A stretch of DNA of 32,000 bases, taken from NCBI RefSeq assembly GCF_900199515.1, contig NZ_LT963434.1, positions 84,057-116,056 of the forward strand, read 5' to 3'. This document shows positions 1 through 7,600 of this stretch, piece by piece. How positions within the stretch are numbered: position 1 is the stretch's first letter; each line of letters opens with the position of its first letter. The stretch is from Massilicoli timonensis. Its GTDB lineage: Bacteria > Bacillota_I > Bacilli_A > Erysipelotrichales > Erysipelotrichaceae. The notes under the pieces were generated by a model, which was not told the DNA's origin, searched no databases, and saw nothing but the letters and a program-made list of their open reading frames with translations. Made by a program: the position numbers and the translations under genes.

Positions 1-551
1 TGAGGAATATTGCGAAGGAGTGGATCCGTTCTCAGATTCGGATCGTGCTGCAGGAACCGTTTTTGTTCTCTAAAACGATCGAAGAGAATATCGCTTTGGC
101 AAAGCGAGACGCGTCTTTTGAGGAGATTCGCCATGCGGCGCGTATTGCCAGCATTCATGAGGATATCGAAGGCTTTGATCAGGGCTATGCCACAGCGGTC
201 GGGGAAAAAGGGGTAACGCTGTCGGGGGGACAGAAGCAGCGTATTGCGATTGCCCGCACGATCCTGGATCAGCCTCCGGTGTTGATCTTCGATGATTCTT
301 TGAGTGCATTGGATATGCAGACGGATGCGCGGATCCAGCAGGCGTTACAGGCCTTGAAGGGAGATCTGACGATGATCATGATCACTCATCGGGTGTCTTC
401 GGCGATGCATGCGGATCAGATCATCGTGCTGGAAAACGGCCGTATCGTCCAGTCCGGCACGCATGCAGAGCTGATGAAAGAAGAGGGCTTATATCGCCGC
501 ATCGCGATGATCCAAAATGAAGGAGGTGAGGAAGCATGGCAGCAGTCATGA
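1..551 (+). CDS. ABC exporter subunit, C-terminal NBD part (5' end lies outside the window)
   Basis: Frame 3 is open from the window start (..IVLQEPFLFSKT). It carries the signature LSGGQKQRIAIAR, Walker B VLIFDDSLSALD (Asp where the catalytic Glu is expected) and H-loop ITHR. Stop TGA at 549-551. Confidence 0.9.
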   Translation, partial: RNIAKEWIRSQIRIVLQEPFLFSKTIEENIALAKRDASFEEIRHAARIASIHEDIEGFDQGYATAVGEKGVTLSGGQKQRIAIARTILDQPPVLIFDDSLSALDMQTDARIQQALQALKGDLTMIMITHRVSSAMHADQIIVLENGRIVQSGTHAELMKEEGLYRRIAMIQNEGGEEAWQQS

Positions 552-2383
552 AAGAGCAGACGTTTCATGGACGTTCTTTAGAGGTATCGCTTTGGAAGCG
601 GATCTTGCACCATTTGATGGAGTTTAAGCAAACGATGATCTGGCTGATTTTAGCAAATGTCGTCGTGGCGGCTACCGATGTGGCACTGCCGATGTTTTCT
701 CAGTATGCGATCAATGAACTGGTGCTCAATCAGGGAAATGACGATCAGATCGTCTGGTTTGCTTTAGCTTATTTGATCACTGTGGCAGTACAATGTCTCA
801 GCATTTATCTGTTTTTCAGACTGGCGGCTTATTTGGAAGCGTCGTTTGGTAAGCGTTTGCGGGAAAAGGCGTTTACGAAGTTACAGGTATTGTCGTTTTC
901 GTATTTTGATAAGACGAGCAACGGCTGGCTGATGGCGCGGGTCAGCGGTGATATCAGCCGTTTGGCAGAGATCTTGTCATGGTCGCTGATCGATATCGGT
1001 TGGGGGCTCATGGTCATGATCGGCGTAAGCATCGTCATGCTTTCTTATAACTGGAAGCTGGCATGCTGTATCTTTGTGGTCGTGCCGGTACTGGCTTATG
1101 CGAGCTATTATTTTCAAAATAAGATCTTGAAAGCGCACCGGGAAACGCGTGTGATCAATTCACAGCTGACCGCCTCGTTTGTGGAAGGGATCAACGGGGT
1201 CAAAACGACAAAGACTTTGGGATTAGAGAAGGATAATTTTGCGGAGTTTGCGAAGCTGAGTGAAAAAATGCGTGAGAAATCGGTTTATGCGACGCGGATC
1301 AACGCAATGTTTCAGCCGGTGGTCTATCTGCTTTCAGCAGTGGCGATCGCTTTGTTGTTACAGATCGGCGGACAGCAGGTGCTGTTAGAAACGATCCAGT
1401 TCGGTACGTTGGCGATGTTTATTCAGTACACCGGCACCTTCTTTGATCCGTTAAAGGGCATTGCGCGGGTCATGGCAGAGCTGCAGATGGCACAGGCGAG
1501 CGCGGAACGGGTCTTATCACTGCTGGAGGAAACGCCAAGTGTCGTCGATTCTGCGGAAGTGATCGCGAAATATGGCACGATCTTAGAAACGCCTAAGCAG
1601 GATGTGAAGCTGATGGGCAATGTACGCTTTGATCATGTATCGTTTCACTATCTGCAAGAGGAATCGGTACTGGAAGATTTTTCACTGGATGTAAAGGCGG
1701 GGGAAATGGTGGCGCTCGTCGGAGAGACCGGCAGCGGGAAAAGCACGATCGTGAATCTTTTGTGCCGTTTCTATGAACCGATCAGCGGGCAGATCTTGAT
1801 CGACGGCGTGGATTATCGAAAGCGTTCACTGGGCTGGCTGCATGAAAATATCGGCTATGTACTGCAGACGCCGACGCTGTTTTCCGGTACGGTCAAGGAA
1901 AATATCCGCTATGGCAAACTGGATGCAAGCGATGAGGAGATCATCGCCGTGGCGAAACTGGTCAATGCCCATGAATTTATCATGCGTATGGAACATGGCT
2001 ATGATACGCTGATCGGTCAAGGCGGCAATCGTTTATCGACCGGTGAAAAGCAGCTGCTTTCTTTTGCCCGAGCGATCCTGCATGATCCGGCGATCATGAT
2101 CTTGGATGAGGCGACTTCTTCCATTGATACGCAGAGCGAGAAGATGATTCAAAAGGCGATCGAGGAATTATTGAAGGGCAGAACGAGCTTTGTGGTAGCC
2201 CATCGTTTATCCACGATCGTACATGCTGATCAGATCATCGTCATGAAGCACGGAAAAGTTTTGGAAAAAGGAACCCATCAGACGCTTATGCGCCAAAAAG
2301 GCTATTACTATGAACTCTATACGAGTCAGTTCATGAAAGAGGAGCAGCAGCGTAAGCTGAGCGAACTTCATATGCATTCCTAA
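536..2383 (+). CDS. ABC exporter subunit, fused 6-TM permease + NBD (partner of the upstream subunit)
   Basis: 615-aa ORF with GGAGGTG about 9 nt upstream of ATG 536 and a 16-nt overlap with the upstream gene. It has an N-terminal hydrophobic TMD, Walker A GETGSGKST, a degenerate signature LSTGEKQ, Walker B IMILDEATS and H-loop AHRLST. Confidence 0.9.
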   Translation: MAAVMKEQTFHGRSLEVSLWKRILHHLMEFKQTMIWLILANVVVAATDVALPMFSQYAINELVLNQGNDDQIVWFALAYLITVAVQCLSIYLFFRLAAYLEASFGKRLREKAFTKLQVLSFSYFDKTSNGWLMARVSGDISRLAEILSWSLIDIGWGLMVMIGVSIVMLSYNWKLACCIFVVVPVLAYASYYFQNKILKAHRETRVINSQLTASFVEGINGVKTTKTLGLEKDNFAEFAKLSEKMREKSVYATRINAMFQPVVYLLSAVAIALLLQIGGQQVLLETIQFGTLAMFIQYTGTFFDPLKGIARVMAELQMAQASAERVLSLLEETPSVVDSAEVIAKYGTILETPKQDVKLMGNVRFDHVSFHYLQEESVLEDFSLDVKAGEMVALVGETGSGKSTIVNLLCRFYEPISGQILIDGVDYRKRSLGWLHENIGYVLQTPTLFSGTVKENIRYGKLDASDEEIIAVAKLVNAHEFIMRMEHGYDTLIGQGGNRLSTGEKQLLSFARAILHDPAIMILDEATSSIDTQSEKMIQKAIEELLKGRTSFVVAHRLSTIVHADQIIVMKHGKVLEKGTHQTLMRQKGYYYELYTSQFMKEEQQRKLSELHMHS

Positions 2384-2406
2384 GAGGCAAACTGCCTCTT
2401 TTTTCT
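2383..2406 (+). terminator. Intrinsic terminator after the ABC pair
   Basis: AGAGGCA-aac-TGCCTCT stem followed by a T-run, starting at the stop codon. Confidence 0.8.
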
Positions 2407-2425
2407 ATTCTATATCATTTACTAC

Positions 2426-2454
2426 TTGACAATACATAATACTGAATGTAATAT
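2426..2454 (+). promoter_or_regulatory. Sigma-A-type promoter of the padR operon
   Basis: TTGACA (2426-2431), 17-nt spacer, TAATAT (2449-2454) with TG immediately upstream. A perfect TATAAT also lies at 2452-2457. Confidence 0.6.
2433..2450. promoter_or_regulatory. Inverted repeat TACAT-N8-ATGTA, candidate PadR autoregulatory operator
   Basis: Perfect 5-bp arms separated by 8 nt lie exactly in the -35/-10 spacer of the padR promoter. The N8 spacing matches the reported PadR-family ATGT-N8-ACAT operators, but the half-site order is inverted. Confidence 0.45.
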
Positions 2455-2465
2455 AATAGCAAGAG

Positions 2466-2795
2466 GTGAGTGCGGTGAACATTCAGATGAAAAAAGGGGT
2501 GCTGGAGCTGATCGTGCTGCTGGAAACGGAAAAACGGGATATGTATGGATATGAACTCGTATCATCGGTCTCTAAAGTCATTGATGTCAATGAAGGTACG
2601 ATCTATCCTTTATTGAAGCGGCTTACCAATGAACATTACTTTGACACGTATTTGTCTGAGTCAAGCGAAGGACCGCCGCGCAAATATTACCATTTGACCG
2701 AGACAGGGAAGCGCTATGCGAAAGAACTGCTAAAGGACTGGCTGGCTTTTTCCAAACAGGTGGATTTGTTTATCAAGGAGTGTGAAAAAGGATGA
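2466..2795 (+). CDS. PadR-family transcriptional regulator (short, ~105 aa class)
   Basis: Contains KKGVLELIVLLETEKRDMYGYEL...EGTIYPLLKRLTNEHY...RKYYHLTETGK, a typical PadR winged HTH. The start is ambiguous (GTG 2466, GTG 2475 six nt after GAGGTG, or ATG 2484). ATGA overlap with the next gene. Confidence 0.85.
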   Translation: MSAVNIQMKKGVLELIVLLETEKRDMYGYELVSSVSKVIDVNEGTIYPLLKRLTNEHYFDTYLSESSEGPPRKYYHLTETGKRYAKELLKDWLAFSKQVDLFIKECEKG

Positions 2796-3697
2796 AGAAG
2801 GATGCATTTATTGCGAAATTAAGAGAAGGACTGCGAATGATCCGTGAAGAGGAACGCGAAGATGTGATCGCTGAATATGTAACGCATATCGATCTGAAGA
2901 TGGCAGAGGGGAAAAGCGAGGAAGAAGCGATTGCGGATTTCGGGGATCTTGACGCCTTGATCGATGAGATCTTAGACGCTTATAAAATCGATGTCAAACA
3001 GGCGAAAAAAGAAAGCAAGGAACAGCGTTTCAATGAGGAACTGAACCGTTTTTTCGATGAATGCAAGCAGTTCATCATGCGTTTTACCAGTCTGGATATC
3101 GATAATGTGGTAAGGCTCGTATTTGAATTTTTTATTGTGCTGCTGATCATCTGGCTGCTGAAGATCCCGGTAGAACTGATCGCATCGCTTGGGGATTCGC
3201 TGTTATCGGATATTTTGAATTTTTCCTCGACCGGCGATCTTTTAGGGAGTCTGTGGTATGGACTGGTCAATGCATTCTATGTCGTGGCAGCGCTGTTGGC
3301 AATCGTTCATATCATGCGCAGCCGGCTGCTTTATTACCGCGCGCATGAGGGGAGTGAAAGCGTCATCGACGATGTAAAGGACGTATTCCATTTTGAGCGC
3401 AGCAAGCCAAGCCGCAGTGAAGAGGTGGATAAGCGGGAATTCGCACATCCTTACAGTGATGCGCCCTATCCCAAAAAAGCGAGCACGATCGTCGCAATTT
3501 TAGTGAAATTATTATTGTTTATCGTCGCATTGCCGTTTTTCTTCGCCCTGATCGCACTTTGCTTTACCAGCGGAGTATTGATGTTTATGGCGATGGAAGG
3601 TGTGATCCTGCCGGGGATCTGGCTGCTGGTGATCGGCGGTATCGTGATGTGCGCGGCTGTGATCGGTGCGCTCATGCACGTGGTGAAGGGGGTATAA
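2792..3697 (+). CDS. DUF1700/HAAS-type membrane protein that typically partners PadR
   Basis: The N-terminus MKKDAFIAKLREGL..EEREDVIAEYVTHIDLKMAEGKSEEEAIADFGD is the characteristic DUF1700 helical head, followed by several TM segments. Start overlaps the padR stop (ATGA). Confidence 0.75.
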   Translation: MKKDAFIAKLREGLRMIREEEREDVIAEYVTHIDLKMAEGKSEEEAIADFGDLDALIDEILDAYKIDVKQAKKESKEQRFNEELNRFFDECKQFIMRFTSLDIDNVVRLVFEFFIVLLIIWLLKIPVELIASLGDSLLSDILNFSSTGDLLGSLWYGLVNAFYVVAALLAIVHIMRSRLLYYRAHEGSESVIDDVKDVFHFERSKPSRSEEVDKREFAHPYSDAPYPKKASTIVAILVKLLLFIVALPFFFALIALCFTSGVLMFMAMEGVILPGIWLLVIGGIVMCAAVIGALMHVVKGV

Positions 3698-3700
3698 AGA

Positions 3701-4126
3701 ATGAAAAAGTATTTAGTGGCATTTGTGATCGGTACGATCCTGGTCGGCGTAGGCATTGCGATGATGGTCTACGACCTGAAAGACTTTCGCTTCATTGAAA
3801 CAGATGACTACCGCCGTCTCAGCTATGTCAATGCTTATACGTACCGCAATGATCATCAGTTAGATATCGATGATCATATCAAGGTCAGATATGTGCAAAA
3901 TGATGCGCTTGCCGATAATGAAATACGGATCTATGCACCGGTCAGCATGCGGGTAAAGGAAAAGGGGAATGAACTGGAAATCGACTATGATGGCTTTGAT
4001 TTTCACGATTTTCAGCGCTTTTATGATCCGTTGTTAAGCAATTTGAAAAATAAGGTGTGGTATTATTCGGATGATTATGACCAACATACGGTCGTGATCG
4101 AATATAAAGGCAGTATGGTGCGATAG
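3701..4126 (+). CDS. Hypothetical membrane-anchored protein (single N-terminal TM, beta-rich Tyr/Asp-rich ectodomain)
   Basis: 141-aa ORF 3 nt after the DUF1700 stop, with a GGGGG SD-like run upstream. N-terminal LVAFVIGTILVGVGIAMMVY helix. No family recognised. Confidence 0.6.
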   Translation: MKKYLVAFVIGTILVGVGIAMMVYDLKDFRFIETDDYRRLSYVNAYTYRNDHQLDIDDHIKVRYVQNDALADNEIRIYAPVSMRVKEKGNELEIDYDGFDFHDFQRFYDPLLSNLKNKVWYYSDDYDQHTVVIEYKGSMVR

Positions 4127-4181
4127 GCAAATGTTTTTGAAAATACTTTCACAATATTTGAAAAAATATTCAGAAAAAGTA

Positions 4182-4209
4182 TTGAAAAAATAAATAGGTA
4201 TGTTATAAT
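4182..4209 (+). promoter_or_regulatory. Strong sigma-A-type promoter (extended -10) with no ORF behind it
   Basis: TTGAAA (4182-4187), 16-nt spacer, TGtTATAAT (4201-4209), with an A/T-rich upstream region. Confidence 0.6.
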
Positions 4210-4215
4210 GAACGC

Positions 4216-4325
4216 ATCCAATGGATCAGATATTTAAGAATAACCGATTGTTCATTGGCCTCCTTGTTAATTAATCTCCTATATTCTTAAATGTCAGAAT
4301 AAACGTCTAAATGACGTTTTTTTCT
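4216..4325 (+). ncRNA. Candidate ~110-nt small RNA or leader RNA (family unknown)
   Basis: Bounded by the promoter above and an intrinsic terminator (AAACGTC-taaat-GACGTTT plus T-run, 4301-4323). A 14-bp stem (4229-4242 with 4282-4295) encloses a 39-nt loop carrying CCUCCUU (4259-4265) and CUCCU (4276-4280). No SD-preceded ORF. Confidence 0.4.
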
Positions 4326-4331
4326 TGCGGC

Positions 4332-4361
4332 TGGCATAGGATATGGTGGTTGTGTTATAAT
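4332..4361 (+). promoter_or_regulatory. Extended -10 promoter of the lspA operon
   Basis: TGtTATAAT at 4353-4361, the same 9-mer as at 4201-4209. The -35 is weak (TGGCAT). Confidence 0.5.
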
Positions 4362-4398
4362 AGGGAACATAGAAATAAAGGAAGTAGATGGATAAGAT

Positions 4399-4890
4399 AT
4401 GAAACGATGGCATTTTGGGTTATTGGCGGCAGTGATCGGCCTTGATCAACTTACGAAATTTGCGGTGGAGGCAAACTTGGATCTATATGAGAGCATTCCG
4501 GTGATCGACCGCTTTTTTTCCATTACCTATACGCGCAATACCGGAGCGGCATGGAGCCTGCTTGAAGGGAAGATGCTGTTCTTTTATGGGATCGCGGTCG
4601 TGGCGCTGATCGCGATGGGCTGCTTTTATAAACAATGCAGGGAAAAGGATCATCTGACCCGCATCGGTCTGGTGCTGATGATGGCGGGCACGATCGGTAA
4701 TCTGATCGATCGGCTGGCTTGGCAATATGTACGTGATTTTTTGGATTTTGTGATTTTCGGCTATGATTTTCCGGTATTTAATGTAGCGGATATGGCGCTT
4801 TGCATCGGCGTCTTGTTGATCTTGATCGAGATCGGCCGAGAAGAATTGGAAAAACGGGGCATGATAGGGGTGAAGCGAAATGGAGCATAA
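4399..4890 (+). CDS. lspA: Lipoprotein signal peptidase (signal peptidase II)
   Basis: 163 aa, 4 TM. Contains YTRNTGAAWSLL and FPVFNVADMALCIG with the conserved Asn/Asp residues. Followed by rluD as in many Bacillota. Confidence 0.9.
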   Translation: MKRWHFGLLAAVIGLDQLTKFAVEANLDLYESIPVIDRFFSITYTRNTGAAWSLLEGKMLFFYGIAVVALIAMGCFYKQCREKDHLTRIGLVLMMAGTIGNLIDRLAWQYVRDFLDFVIFGYDFPVFNVADMALCIGVLLILIEIGREELEKRGMIGVKRNGA

Positions 4891-5797
4891 GCAAATCATC
4901 GCAAAAGATGTGGATACAGGCCTGCGCTTAGATAAATATTTGACAGAACAGCTGGTGCCATTTTCCCGCTCCCGCATTCAAATGCTGTTTGCGAAGGGAG
5001 CGATCACGGTAAATGGAAAGCTGGGGAAAGCGAATTATAAAGTGAAAAACGATGATGTGATCGAAGTGATGATCGAGGAAGAGCAGGAGGCAAATGCACA
5101 GCCGGAAGCGATGGATCTGAATATCGTTTATGAAGATGAAGATGTCATCGTCATCAATAAACCAAAGGGAATGGTGGTGCATCCTTCACCTGGGAATGAA
5201 GCGCATACGCTGGTAAACGGCTTGCTTTATCACTGCAAGGATCTTTCGGGGATCAACGGGGTGCTGCGTCCGGGGATCGTGCATCGCATCGACAAGGATA
5301 CAAGCGGTTTGCTGGTGGCTGCCAAAAATGACCGCGCACATCAGCTATTGGCGGAACAGTTAAAAGATAAAACGATGAACCGGCGCTATTATGCGCTGGT
5401 GCACGGCGTCATGCCGCATGATCATGGCACGATCGACGCGCCGATCGGCCGTGATGAGAAGGATCGTCAAAAAATGGCCGTAACGGCGCATAACAGCAAA
5501 CCGGCGATCACGCATTTTCAGGTAATCGAGCGCTTTGCGCAGCATACGCTGTTGGAATGCCGCTTAGAGACCGGCAGAACGCATCAGATCCGCGTTCATC
5601 TGCAATATATCAAGTTTCCGATCGTCGGCGATCCGAAATACGGAAGAAGAAAAACAGAGGTGTCGGGTGGACAGCTGCTGCATGCGCATCAACTGACCTT
5701 TGTGCATCCGACAAGTCAGGCTTCCATGACCTTTGAAGCGCCGCTTCCGCCGCAGTTTGCATCGGTGCTTGATGAGCTGAGAAAGAGAGAAGGATAA
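4880..5797 (+). CDS. rluD: RluA/RluD-family 23S rRNA pseudouridine synthase
   Basis: S4-like N-terminus (RLDKYL), catalytic motif HRIDKDTSGLLVAAK, and GRTHQIRVH. Overlaps lspA by 11 nt. Confidence 0.9.
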   Translation: MEHKQIIAKDVDTGLRLDKYLTEQLVPFSRSRIQMLFAKGAITVNGKLGKANYKVKNDDVIEVMIEEEQEANAQPEAMDLNIVYEDEDVIVINKPKGMVVHPSPGNEAHTLVNGLLYHCKDLSGINGVLRPGIVHRIDKDTSGLLVAAKNDRAHQLLAEQLKDKTMNRRYYALVHGVMPHDHGTIDAPIGRDEKDRQKMAVTAHNSKPAITHFQVIERFAQHTLLECRLETGRTHQIRVHLQYIKFPIVGDPKYGRRKTEVSGGQLLHAHQLTFVHPTSQASMTFEAPLPPQFASVLDELRKREG

Positions 5798-7041
5798 TGA
5801 TGGAAATCAAACAACAAGAAGTATATGTGATGCAGCTGGTGCGTTATTTTATCGAACAGCAGGATTATCAGATGGTCATCGTACAAAACAGCAAAAACGA
5901 TATTTGGCTGGCAAATGTCGATCAGCCGCAGTATCCGATCATTCGTTTATGTGCGGAAAGCGAAGGACAGCAGTTCTTTGATCGGGATTATATCAAAGAG
6001 GTGTACGAACGCATCTGTGAACAGTTACAGATCGCCAAGCCGCTGTTAATGATCCAAACATCGCCATTGGCGGAAACGATCCAGTGGGAACAGGCGGAGG
6101 TCGTTTCGATCCTGCCGAATGCGCAGGTGCCTTCTAAGATCGCGCAGGTCTTTCATGGTATCGAGCAGGTGGTTCATTCGGTAAACAATGCTGATCAGGA
6201 AATCAAAACGATCGGCAAGCGGATCCGCGATGTGCAGTTAGAAAGACAGAAACAGCTGCTGCGCTCGCTGAGACAGCCGCCTCGGGCATTTTGGATCATA
6301 ATGGCGCTGTCGCTGCTTCTGTTTGCGCTTACTACCTATGTGTCGCTTTCCGGTAGTGATATCTATCAGGGGGTGTTGTTAGGCGGTGCTTATTATAAGC
6401 CCAGCATGATGGCAGCTTATGAATACTGGCGTTTTTTTACCGCACCGTTTGCGCATTATTCCTTGTTTCAGCTGCTGATCGATCTTTATGTATTGTATTT
6501 ATTGGCAAAATCGGTCGATACGTTTTATCCGCATAAGCTGTTTTTGATCTTTATGATCGCTTCTTTATGCGGCTATGGCGTTTCTTATATCGGTGTTGAC
6601 AATGAACTGGCATTTGGCATGGTACCGGGACTTTTGGGGATCTGGGGCGCGTACAGCGTGGCGATCTTTGCGAAGAAGATGATGCGGATCCCGCCGATCA
6701 AAAGCGCTTATATTCGCTCGGTACTGGTCATTGCGATCTTATTGCTGGCGCCGGGCATCAGTTACCTCGGGGTCTTGGCAGGCTTTACGGCAGGTGTGCT
6801 TTGCGGCATTGTCTTAAGCGATGAAGCGATCTGTAAACAGCTGCGTCCCCATGTGCTCATTGCGGCGGCGATCTTAGCGGGCGGGCTTTGCTGGTATCAG
6901 GTAAACCGCAATCAGATGATCAGCAATCGCAGTGAAACATTAGACAGTAAGCTCATCAAGGCTTATGAAAACATCGGCCTGCATGATTATGCGAAATGGG
7001 TCGAAGGACAGATAAATACATTTTATGAGGAGGGCAAATAA
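5797..7041 (+). CDS. Rhomboid-family membrane protein, YqgP/GluP-like architecture, catalytic residues substituted (probable pseudoprotease)
   Basis: Rhomboid L1/TM2 signature [13 protein letters not shown]. The expected GxSG reads GMVPG and the expected AHxGG reads SYLGV. TAATG overlaps at both gene ends. Confidence 0.8.
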   Translation: MMEIKQQEVYVMQLVRYFIEQQDYQMVIVQNSKNDIWLANVDQPQYPIIRLCAESEGQQFFDRDYIKEVYERICEQLQIAKPLLMIQTSPLAETIQWEQAEVVSILPNAQVPSKIAQVFHGIEQVVHSVNNADQEIKTIGKRIRDVQLERQKQLLRSLRQPPRAFWIIMALSLLLFALTTYVSLSGSDIYQGVLLGGAYYKPSMMAAYEYWRFFTAPFAHYSLFQLLIDLYVLYLLAKSVDTFYPHKLFLIFMIASLCGYGVSYIGVDNELAFGMVPGLLGIWGAYSVAIFAKKMMRIPPIKSAYIRSVLVIAILLLAPGISYLGVLAGFTAGVLCGIVLSDEAICKQLRPHVLIAAAILAGGLCWYQVNRNQMISNRSETLDSKLIKAYENIGLHDYAKWVEGQINTFYEEGK

Positions 7042-7529
7042 TGAAACGGACAGATGTATTGACTTGGGATGAATATTTTATGGGACTGGCGCATCTAAGC
7101 GCGCTGCGTTCTAAAGATCCTTCCACACAGGTCGGAGCGGCAATCGTCAATGATCAGCACAAGGTTGTCAGCATCGGCTATAACGGCTTTCCCAATGGAT
7201 GCAGCGATGATGAATATCCATGGGAGCGGGAAGGGGCGGTCAATGAAACCAAATACCCGTTTGTCGTTCATGCGGAATTAAACGCGATCTTAAACAGTTC
7301 GCGCGATCTGCATGGATGCAGCATTTATGTATCGCTGTTTCCATGCAATGAATGTGCGAAGGCGATCATTCAAAGCGGTATCAAACGCGTCGTATACGAA
7401 TGTGATAAATATGCGGATACTGACAGCGTCATCGCCAGCAAGCGCATGCTGAGATCAGCCGGCGTAGAACTGGTGCAGCTGCCGGAGCGTATTTATTTAA
7501 GCGTTCATAAGGAAGCAAACACAAAATAA
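7041..7529 (+). CDS. comEB: dCMP deaminase (ComEB-type)
   Basis: Zinc-deaminase motifs HAELNAI and PCNECAKAI. 162 aa. Confidence 0.9.
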   Translation: MKRTDVLTWDEYFMGLAHLSALRSKDPSTQVGAAIVNDQHKVVSIGYNGFPNGCSDDEYPWEREGAVNETKYPFVVHAELNAILNSSRDLHGCSIYVSLFPCNECAKAIIQSGIKRVVYECDKYADTDSVIASKRMLRSAGVELVQLPERIYLSVHKEANTK

Positions 7530-7530
7530 A

Positions 7531-7592
7531 AGGCTGCAGCCGCAAGTGATCCTATCAGTGTGATCATCCTTGCGGTTACAGCCTCTTTTTTT
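7531..7592. terminator. Bidirectional intrinsic terminator between convergent comEB and rnhC
   Basis: Long hairpin AGGCTG..CCGCAAG / CTTGCGG..CAGCCT, flanked by an A-run (7524-7530) and a T-run (7586-7592). Confidence 0.7.
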
Positions 7593-7600
7593 AACAAATC

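Noticed and set aside
4138-4151. cre-like (CcpA) palindrome TGAAAATACTTTCA
   Set aside because: The arms match TGAAA/TTTCA, but the highly conserved central CG of the cre consensus is missing (ATAC). I do not call it a cre site and report it only as a near-palindrome.
4221-4274. 17-codon + strand ORF (MDQIFKNNRLFIGLLVN) and a 9-codon - strand ORF (4255-4226, behind AAGGAGG) inside the candidate sRNA
   Set aside because: The + strand ORF has no SD. The - strand ATG is only 3 nt from the SD-like GGAGG, and no promoter is seen for that strand. The peptides are too short and unsupported to call.
4483-4977. 164-aa antisense ORF over lspA/rluD
   Set aside because: It is antisense to two motif-verified genes, with no SD and no family signature.
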